Virus record (IMG/VR): IMGVR_UViG_3300025115_000005
DNA from: an uncultured virus (IMG/VR IMGVR_UViG_3300025115_000005)
Taxonomy: Duplodnaviria; Heunggongvirae; Uroviricota; Caudoviricetes
DNA: 64,000 bases
Reading direction: 5' to 3' (one strand)
The position numbers were made by a program, and so were the translations under genes. The notes beneath the pieces are model-generated. The model saw only the letters and a list, made by a program, of their open reading frames with translations. It did not search any database and was not told the DNA's origin. This document shows positions 10,091-16,786 of this stretch, piece after piece. Every line of letters starts with the position of its first letter. Position 1 is the stretch's first letter.

Positions 10091-11615
10091 CTTTTCCAAT
10101 CAAAGTGTAAGCTCTCAGGTACTGGGATGCAACCGACGCTGCATTTTTTAAAGCAGAGTCTACGCTTGTATAACTGTCTACTATCCCAAGCTCTACTAGA
10201 TTACCGAATTCATTTGCTTTTACATCGACGCCGAATTCCACGTTAGTAGGATGTTTCTTATCCTCTTTACGGATTACGCTGATGTGTTGTTTCAACCCAG
10301 CGTTTTCTAGTATAGTAATGAGCGGTGCTTCGAGTGCTCTTCTAATATTTTTATTTCTGTATGACTGTGCTAAGATAAACAGTGGTTTACCTGAGCCAGC
10401 TACAAGGCCATCTCGAATAGCACATTTCACGGCACCGATTGCATCATCTAGCTTTAGTCTGATTGTTTGATACTCAGTTACAGTAGCAGCAACCAGCTTA
10501 ATCTTAGTAACACCTTTCTCAAGAGCACCAAGTCTTCTCATCAATGCGTTATAGCGAACGACGCCGATGGTATACTGGTCTTTCTTGAGTTCTTTTTTAT
10601 AAGCTTTGATTCTATCCGAAGCATCTCCTGATGTTCCTGTAATAATGGTTTGGTCTTTAGAGATAACAATCTTCTTAGCGTAACCACAATCACCGTACTT
10701 GTATTCAAGAGAGTTGAGTGCAGCATCCTGAATCTTTCCTCCCGTCTTAGCAGCTAAGTCCAGGAACAATTCATCTTCGAACTCTTCGTTGAGGAACACA
10801 AATTGAAACTGGAATTTATTTTCTACTAGGATTTGAAGGAGGTACTGCAGTGACTCCGGATTAAACTTAGGGGTGATGATGAAGACGAAGGGTAAACCCA
10901 TACCTTCTGATGGGATGGACTCAAAGAATTTTTGAATGTTCATCTGAGATAAGAACCCTGCAGATAACATGACGATGGTTGCGTCTTCGAAGACAGTCTT
11001 TCCATTGCCATCATTGGTGAAGCTTCTCATTACCTCAGAGAAGTAACCGGATTCAAGAACCATACCGTCTACGTGTTCAACTAAAGTCTTGGTCCCTTCA
11101 CGATCATGTTCGATGATCACATTCATGTCATCACCTGCAGCTTTGTGAGCTTCATATACAATGTCTCCGATGACGGGGATCTTTGTAGAGATGGTAGCAA
11201 GGGACTTAAGAAGTTCCTCTGTTGGTTCGATCTTGAAATTCTGTAGTTCTTTGCGTGTATCCTCTATTAAATTCTGCACATAATCTGCAGCTTGTTGGGG
11301 ATGTATTCCTTGTTTGATAGTACTGAGCCCAAACTTGTAGAGTTCATTGACCATGAGGATGGTAAGTGTAGTGCCATCATAAGCCTCCCGTTCAGTGGTG
11401 GCTGCAGCTTCGATGACGGATACTGCGATGGAACGTTTGATCCCCTTCATATTAAAACATTCTCTGGCTACCGTGACACCATCATCTGTTAAGGTCGGAC
11501 GGTCCATATCTTTATGGATCATGGCCAGTCGTCCCTTAGCTCCCATCGTTGGTGTAACCAGATCAGAGACTTCCTGGAAAGTTTCCTTAATCAGTTTGAT
11601 ATCTTCACGGATCAT
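10086..11615 (-). CDS. groEL: Phage-encoded group I chaperonin (GroEL/Cpn60-like)
   Basis: TMGAKGR (cf. TLGPKGR), TDDGVTVA (cf. TNDGVTIA), DGTTLT, GMVLESGYFS, LDDAIGAVKCA, GIVDS...ALKNAASVA; lacks the GGM tail. Confidence 0.92.
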   Translation of the reverse strand: MIREDIKLIKETFQEVSDLVTPTMGAKGRLAMIHKDMDRPTLTDDGVTVARECFNMKGIKRSIAVSVIEAAATTEREAYDGTTLTILMVNELYKFGLSTIKQGIHPQQAADYVQNLIEDTRKELQNFKIEPTEELLKSLATISTKIPVIGDIVYEAHKAAGDDMNVIIEHDREGTKTLVEHVDGMVLESGYFSEVMRSFTNDGNGKTVFEDATIVMLSAGFLSQMNIQKFFESIPSEGMGLPFVFIITPKFNPESLQYLLQILVENKFQFQFVFLNEEFEDELFLDLAAKTGGKIQDAALNSLEYKYGDCGYAKKIVISKDQTIITGTSGDASDRIKAYKKELKKDQYTIGVVRYNALMRRLGALEKGVTKIKLVAATVTEYQTIRLKLDDAIGAVKCAIRDGLVAGSGKPLFILAQSYRNKNIRRALEAPLITILENAGLKQHISVIRKEDKKHPTNVEFGVDVKANEFGNLVELGIVDSYTSVDSALKNAASVASQYLRAYTLIGKE

Positions 11616-11616
11616 A

Positions 11617-11895
11617 TTAGTTCACCTGCTCAGGCTTAGGTACTTCTTCTTCCTTAGCATCAGTCACTGGTTCATCTGGTTTAGGATCTTGTGGTTTGCG
11701 AATCCAGATATTCTCCCAAGCTAATGGTGTTCCACAATTACTGCAGAACTTAGCCCCGATTCTTTCTGGACCGGTGTGACATTCAGGACATTCAAGTCTG
11801 AGTAAAGGTGCTGGTCCAGTGAAATCTGCGATGGTTAACACTTGCTTGCCTGGCTTAGCAGGCTTCTTAAAATCTTGTGGTAATTTTTTTTCCAT
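11617..11895 (-). CDS. Zn-ribbon protein
   Basis: CPEC...KFCSNCGTPL; GAGGAG RBS. Confidence 0.75.
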   Translation of the reverse strand: MEKKLPQDFKKPAKPGKQVLTIADFTGPAPLLRLECPECHTGPERIGAKFCSNCGTPLAWENIWIRKPQDPKPDEPVTDAKEEEVPKPEQVN

Positions 11896-11896
11896 A

Positions 11897-12055
11897 TCAA
11901 TTCTCCTCTTTCTTTATTTCGATTATTAAATAACCTAAATATTCTAATTCATCAATTAAATCATCAAAAACTTTATTATCAATATCTTCAAATTCTTGCG
12001 GGTGTTCTTCTTTTGTTATTGTATTGACAATAATGAAACTCCCATTTACTCTCAT
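11897..12055 (-). CDS. Small hypothetical protein (52 aa, not in the ORF track)
   Basis: AAGGAG RBS, reads MRVNGSFIIVNTITKEEHPQEFED... to TGA. Confidence 0.55.
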   Translation of the reverse strand: MRVNGSFIIVNTITKEEHPQEFEDIDNKVFDDLIDELEYLGYLIIEIKKEEN

Positions 12056-12217
12056 TTTACTCTCCTTTTTTACAAATGGTTTTAACTAAAAGATTGTATC
12101 TTATGGATCTTGCTTGTTTTATCATTTGTTCTATTTTTCTTTCTCCTTATATATTTTAGCCAGCCCTATTAACATACAGTAATAGGTGCTGATAGTGCCC
12201 GTTGATAATTAACTCTT

Positions 12218-12520
12218 TCATTCGAAGAGTACCAGGTCTTTTGCATTAACCAGATGCATGACCTCCCCTTCGACGAGTGTTAGTACAGCTGCATATAGAG
12301 GGTAGTGGACGGTGGTCCCCTTGAAACATAGGATAGGATCAATGCTAACGAAGGGATATTGTTCCTTAAGTGCTGGATCTTCTGCTAAGACAATACCTTT
12401 AACTAACATTCTCTTATCCTTTACCTTCTCCATGGTGATGTTGTTAGATGTTTTAATCTTTTCTTCGATGAGACGGATCAATAAGTGTCCATTCAGTGGA
12501 CAAAGTAACATGGTAATCAA
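12218..12520 (-). CDS. groES: Co-chaperonin GroES/Cpn10-like protein
   Basis: About 100 aa; N-terminal PLNGHLLIR (cf. PLxDRVLV), mobile-loop-like KTSNNI, KGIVLA, C-terminal VEGEVMHLVNAKDLV (cf. DGEEYLILRESDIL); lies upstream of groEL. Confidence 0.75.
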   Translation of the reverse strand: MITMLLCPLNGHLLIRLIEEKIKTSNNITMEKVKDKRMLVKGIVLAEDPALKEQYPFVSIDPILCFKGTTVHYPLYAAVLTLVEGEVMHLVNAKDLVLFE

Positions 12521-12533
12521 CTCCTTTATCCTA

Positions 12534-12542
12534 ATTATAGCA
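12534..12542 (-). promoter_or_regulatory. Extended -10 promoter (TGcTATAAT) for the groES-groEL unit
   Basis: Minus strand TGCTATAAT immediately upstream of the AAGGAG RBS of groES and directly after a terminator. Confidence 0.65.
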
Positions 12543-12543
12543 C

Positions 12544-12568
12544 AAAAAAAGGGTAGTGATTACCCTTT
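12544..12568 (-). terminator. Intrinsic terminator
   Basis: AAAGGGTA-ATCAC-TACCCTTT followed by a T-run on the minus strand, downstream of the 770-aa gene. Confidence 0.8.
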
Positions 12569-12590
12569 CTGTGTCACATCGTGGACAAAT

Positions 12591-14903
12591 TTAGTTCCCT
12601 TGTTTAACCCAAGTGGATCCGTTCCATTCTAAGTCAACCCATTTTTGTCCAACTGTAGGATTTGAAGGAGGTTTTCCGTAGCTGTATCCTGATTGGGCTG
12701 CGGAAGTAATTACATTACTTGCCACTTGATCAGAGTTATCTCCTTTAAACATTTTGTAGAAGGTTGAGGTATAGAATCCTCCTTTAGTTAATTCTTTATA
12801 GTTTGAGTTGTTAATGACAATTTGAGATTTAGTGTTAGCTGCAATGTTATCTCCTGTAACCTTATAGAATTCTTTATTAATGTAAACGTAGTAAGAAGGA
12901 TCTCCTTTACCATAGTTCATATTAATGATGGAGTATTCTGGTAAGGCACCTGTTCTTGCCATGGTAAGAATTTCATTAACATAAGTCTCTTGACCGGAAC
13001 CAGCCTTATTATTATCTTTAAAGGATCCAAAGTCAGATGACTTAGTTCCAGTAGATAAAGAAATTTTTTGTCCATGGCCTAATGCATCTATAATGGTTGA
13101 TAGAAAAGCGGTGGACTCATTTACATATGTCTGACTTGAACCGGTTCCACCATCAGTGCTAAATCCATGTCTGTATACGGTATAGTTAGGTACAGAGTTT
13201 AATGTACTACCTATAATATTTACGTTACTAGTGTTTGCTGGTAGTGTTGCATCATAAAGATTGCCGTTGTAGTACCATAAATATTTAGCGTCCCCCTTAC
13301 CATAGTTGACATTGATATAAGTATCATCTGGAATTAAACCCATACTGATAGCTGTTTGGATTCCATTATTCAAAGCTGTTTGATCAGCTCCTTGTTTAAA
13401 GGAGGCACTTAAATTATCCATGGTTTCTTTAAAGTTAAGTGCATCTTTATTAGTGAAGGCTGTAGAGTTAACCAAATTTGGATTATTATAGACAGCTTCC
13501 ACCTGTTCCTTGCTCCATTGATTAGTGAGGAATTCTAACCAGGCTCCGTTCTTATCTTTAAGATAAATTATGGATTCAGTTTCTTGCATATATCCTAATG
13601 GTGCATCAGTTATAGGTTCTCCAGTCGATTCGTCGATTAACTGACCATCCACAATTTTAAATCCTGTACCTGTACCTATAATAGGTGGTTTATAAGCAGC
13701 ACCCATTGGATCTATATAGTCAGGAAGAATTCCTTCGGTGTCTAGTGCAGCGTACTTATTAATAAATTCAAGTACTTTATCTACACCCCCATCTTCAATG
13801 TGAGCTGCTAACCATTCATCGTATGACATGTCCTTAGCTTCAGCCCAAGCAATTTGCTGGTTAGCTAAAGAGTCTAACACTTCTTCATAGTATGCTGGAT
13901 TATTTTTAAAGTAATCATAAACTTTGGCCATGTCCTCAGAGTTTGAGCTGTTAGGATTAATACCTACTAGAGTCATGACACCTTTACCGGGTTCTCCTCC
14001 TGACCATACTTCTACTGGAATCTTATAGTCATCAAGGATTTCACGACGAGCTTCTTCTGTAGCGGTGATGCGTTCCCATTGGTATTGTTCCAGCTGTGCT
14101 TCGTTCATTTCATATTGTTGTTCGTTACGAGTAAGGTTTGCAATACGGATTAAACCCTGGACGCCTTCAGTATCTAAACCTTCAGCTCTATACCACGCCT
14201 CGATCTGATCTACAATATGGCGTGCTCTATTGTCTGCTGGGTTTGCTAACACTGCAGCTTGAGCAGCTTGGTATTGAGTGATCATCTCACGATTCTCCGG
14301 AGATATATATTCACCAACGAGTTGAGCTCTCTGAATCTCTAGGTTCTGAGCATCCATATAGTACTGATGAGCCAGCTGATTCATGTTGAGTTCATAATTT
14401 AAACGAGCAATAGAAAGTTGAGACTCGTATCCCATCTTCTGTAGCTCTAGTTGGCCATACATATCAGCTTGAATCTGAGCTTTTAAGAATTCCATCTGCA
14501 TGTTAGAGTCTAATGCATATCCTCCGGTCCAACCCATGCGTTCTTGTGCCTGGTTAGCTGAGTATTTACCTAGCATCGCTTGAGTTTGTCCAAGGTTAGC
14601 ATTCTTCTCAATGTTTTGACGAGAGGCTAAAGCGTTCTGCTCTGCAGTAGCGATGTCAATTTGTTGCATAATAGATGCACCTTCAACAGCTTTCTTATCC
14701 CAAGAAAAACTATCTGTTGCTGGTGTAAGATCACCCACTGGTGGCTGAGCTGCTGCTCCTCCGGCTACAACAACTCCTCCAGCATCATTAGCTGGTGGTG
14801 GGGTAGGATTAGGGTATCTCACTTCAGGGAAGATTCCATTTTCAATAACACTAGTAGATGTTGGATCATCAGTTAGTGCTTGTATTTCTTTAGTGGCTGC
14901 CAT
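12591..14903 (-). CDS. Probable internal virion / ejection protein
   Basis: Q/A/M-rich helical N-terminal half typical of podovirus internal proteins, and an N/S/T/G-rich C-terminal half with a duplicated NYGKGD module. Function is inferred. Confidence 0.5.
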   Translation of the reverse strand: MAATKEIQALTDDPTSTSVIENGIFPEVRYPNPTPPPANDAGGVVVAGGAAAQPPVGDLTPATDSFSWDKKAVEGASIMQQIDIATAEQNALASRQNIEKNANLGQTQAMLGKYSANQAQERMGWTGGYALDSNMQMEFLKAQIQADMYGQLELQKMGYESQLSIARLNYELNMNQLAHQYYMDAQNLEIQRAQLVGEYISPENREMITQYQAAQAAVLANPADNRARHIVDQIEAWYRAEGLDTEGVQGLIRIANLTRNEQQYEMNEAQLEQYQWERITATEEARREILDDYKIPVEVWSGGEPGKGVMTLVGINPNSSNSEDMAKVYDYFKNNPAYYEEVLDSLANQQIAWAEAKDMSYDEWLAAHIEDGGVDKVLEFINKYAALDTEGILPDYIDPMGAAYKPPIIGTGTGFKIVDGQLIDESTGEPITDAPLGYMQETESIIYLKDKNGAWLEFLTNQWSKEQVEAVYNNPNLVNSTAFTNKDALNFKETMDNLSASFKQGADQTALNNGIQTAISMGLIPDDTYINVNYGKGDAKYLWYYNGNLYDATLPANTSNVNIIGSTLNSVPNYTVYRHGFSTDGGTGSSQTYVNESTAFLSTIIDALGHGQKISLSTGTKSSDFGSFKDNNKAGSGQETYVNEILTMARTGALPEYSIINMNYGKGDPSYYVYINKEFYKVTGDNIAANTKSQIVINNSNYKELTKGGFYTSTFYKMFKGDNSDQVASNVITSAAQSGYSYGKPPSNPTVGQKWVDLEWNGSTWVKQGN

Positions 14904-14904
14904 C

Positions 14905-15447
14905 TTACATTCCTCCTCCCATCATAGCTTGAATCATAGCTGGATCCACAGCCTCTTCTTCTTCTGGTTCTTCAGGAGTTTCTTCAACTGGTGGACGTTT
15001 AGGTTTCTTAACCATAGGGTTATCTTCTTCCATCCCCATCTCAGCTGCTTGATCAGGTAGCACCTTAGCGTTTCTGGGATCAGTTAAACGTTTAATAACC
15101 TTCCGGTTACGGGGGTTCTGTTCGTTTAGAATTTTTTCTTTTTCCTCTTCGATGTTAGGACGATCAAACTCTCCGGTCTCTGGGTTAAACCCTTTGGCCA
15201 TAGCAGACTTAACAGTCATACGTCCACGAGGAGTCATGATAGTGTATTCACCTGGGTGTTTTTTAACATCATCAACTAGGGTTTCTTTATACTTACCCTT
15301 AGGTTCGATGACTTTGCCAACGTTGATCTTGATCACGTCAGCTGTGTTTGTAAATTCTGGTTCTTTTTTACCTACTAACTTACCTTCTGAAAATTCTCCT
15401 CCAGCAAGTAGGGTAGCTAATTCTTTTTGATCTAATTCCACAGGCAT
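14905..15447 (-). CDS. Hypothetical protein (charged, low-complexity C-terminus)
   Basis: 180 aa; AGGAGG RBS. Confidence 0.75.
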   Translation of the reverse strand: MPVELDQKELATLLAGGEFSEGKLVGKKEPEFTNTADVIKINVGKVIEPKGKYKETLVDDVKKHPGEYTIMTPRGRMTVKSAMAKGFNPETGEFDRPNIEEEKEKILNEQNPRNRKVIKRLTDPRNAKVLPDQAAEMGMEEDNPMVKKPKRPPVEETPEEPEEEEAVDPAMIQAMMGGGM

Positions 15448-15449
15448 GA

Positions 15450-15680
15450 TTAGGCCTCCTTTAAGATATTTAGATCTTTGTCTAAGTATCCTTCTTTAAT
15501 CGCTCGCTGTGCTTTCACACGGTGCTGATAATACTCAGGTCTGTAGTCACCACGTTGGATGATACGTTGGATGTACCTAGTATTCTCTAGCATTTTTTCT
15601 TTAGGAGTAAGCTTACGACGTGGATAATCTCGTCTGCCTTTTCTTACGTTTATGCCCAGGATTCTATTTAGTATATTCAT
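15450..15680 (-). CDS. Small basic hypothetical protein
   Basis: AAGGAG RBS precedes the ATG at 15680 (MNILNRILG...); the longer start at 15701 overlaps the -10 box. Confidence 0.7.
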   Translation of the reverse strand: MNILNRILGINVRKGRRDYPRRKLTPKEKMLENTRYIQRIIQRGDYRPEYYQHRVKAQRAIKEGYLDKDLNILKEA

Positions 15681-15699
15681 AGCACCACTCCTTGGCATC

Positions 15700-15740
15700 A
15701 TTATACCATGTAGACAAAAAATATGTCAATGTGATATAAT
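15700..15740. promoter_or_regulatory. Overlapping divergent sigma70/sigmaA promoters
   Basis: Minus strand: TTGACA (15724-15729), 18 bp, TGgTATAAT (15700-15705). Plus strand: TAGACA (15711-15716), 18 bp, TGaTATAAT (15735-15740). Confidence 0.75.
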
Positions 15741-15760
15741 GATATGAGAGGGGTGAGCCC

Positions 15761-16387
15761 ATGAGTGATAGAGTATTTCAACCCATGATCCTGCAAACGA
15801 AGCAAGAAATTGAGAAAGCAATTAAATCAGGTAAGATAAAGAACACTAAGTATCATCTACTAGATAAAGAACAGAAGATGTTTGTGGAGTTGATCTGCTT
15901 TGCAGACTATACTCCTGAGCAAGCAATGCGTGTAATGAAACCCCGAGTAGGGAATGCACGTGTCGCTGCGAATCGAATGCTTGCTGTTCCCGAAGTTACA
16001 GAGACGATCAATGATCTGACAGTAACGAAGGATAAAGCATTTGAAGCAGAACTTTCTAGCTCAAGTCAGATGGCCTTAGCTAAAGCCAAGTATATCATGA
16101 CCACTACACAGGATGAAGCTATAGCATTAGCAGCAGCAAAAGTTATATTAGATCTATCGAAGAATACGAAGAAGAAGAATGAGAAAGCAGATGTCGAAGT
16201 TAATAACATTACATACAAGATTGAAGTGGCCACCCTTCACGACAAACCTGTAACGGACTTCGAACCGAAAGATAAAGTTGTTATCGATGTGGAGCCAGAA
16301 GCTACGCTGGATGCGGATATCAATCCTGATACCGGGATGCCTTATGTACTCCACTATGAGGGAGTTAATCTATATAAAAAAGAATAA
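15761..16387 (+). CDS. terS: Terminase small subunit (probable)
   Basis: LDKEQKMFVELI...EQAMR...ARVAANRMLAVPEV resembles the TerS HTH N-terminus (LTxKQxxF...A...A.RLL..P.V); helical middle region ending IALAAAKVILD. Confidence 0.65.
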   Translation: MSDRVFQPMILQTKQEIEKAIKSGKIKNTKYHLLDKEQKMFVELICFADYTPEQAMRVMKPRVGNARVAANRMLAVPEVTETINDLTVTKDKAFEAELSSSSQMALAKAKYIMTTTQDEAIALAAAKVILDLSKNTKKKNEKADVEVNNITYKIEVATLHDKPVTDFEPKDKVVIDVEPEATLDADINPDTGMPYVLHYEGVNLYKKE

Positions 16388-16393
16388 AATGTG

Positions 16394-16422
16394 TTGACAT
16401 TTTGTCCGTTATATAGTATAAT
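16394..16422 (+). promoter_or_regulatory. Consensus sigma70/sigmaA promoter
   Basis: TTGACA (16394-16399), 17 bp, TATAAT (16417-16422): a perfect consensus. Confidence 0.9.
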
Positions 16423-16428
16423 ATAAGT

Positions 16429-16506
16429 AGATGAGGAGACCTTTTGTCTCCGAGTTGTAGGCCCAGAACCAACGTACACATCCCCCCCAGTGCGTTGGTT
16501 TTTTAT
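16429..16506 (+). ncRNA. Putative ~75-nt small RNA (two hairpins, C-rich loop)
   Basis: Bounded by the perfect promoter and an intrinsic terminator (AACCAACGTAC...GTGCGTTGGTT-TTTT); 5' hairpin GGAGAC-CTTTT-GTCTCC; no substantial ORF. Confidence 0.65.
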
Positions 16507-16514
16507 TTATACCT

Positions 16515-16553
16515 ATAAAGAAAAAGAACCGGAGTGACAAGTTCCGATTCTCT
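16515..16553 (-). terminator. Intrinsic terminator for the minus-strand replication operon / structured RNA
   Basis: Minus strand AGAATCGGAA-CTTGTCA-CTCCGGTTCT followed by TTTTCTTT. Confidence 0.75.
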
Positions 16554-16786
16554 TTCCGAAAGGAAGGTGTGCATGGGCCAAGAGCTCAATCCCTTGATAG
16601 GAGGCCTTCAGCTTACGGCGGCAGCCTCTCCATTGTAGTTGATAGGGGGGATAAGTGGCAGTACCCCTTTACCGTAATTATGTGAGGTGCTTGGGGACAC
16701 CTCTACCCATGCTAGGTTATGGAAACTGGCCTAATCTTTAGGAGATCCGGAATGCCAGCCGGTTCTGAGCTTTGGCCAGAAGCTCA
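16554..16786 (-). ncRNA. Putative highly structured RNA (multi-hairpin, family unassigned)
   Basis: GC-rich non-coding stretch in an AT-rich genome with at least six hairpins and an 8-bp long-range helix GCAUGGGU/GCCCAUGC; G-U pairs in that helix and one hairpin favour the minus strand. Confidence 0.55.

Noticed and set aside
12520..12600. CIRCE (HrcA) heat-shock operator upstream of groES
   Set aside because: No TTAGCACTC-N9-GAGTGCTAA present; the inverted repeat here is a terminator.
14905..14930. AMMGGGM ending as a displaced GroEL GGM tail
   Set aside because: It belongs to an unrelated ORF 3 kb away; Met/Gly-rich tails are common in phage proteins.
16554..16786. tRNA or tmRNA gene in the GC-rich intergenic region
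   Set aside because: Some loops look anticodon-like, but I found no cloverleaf, T-loop (GTTCRA) or acceptor stem with CCA.
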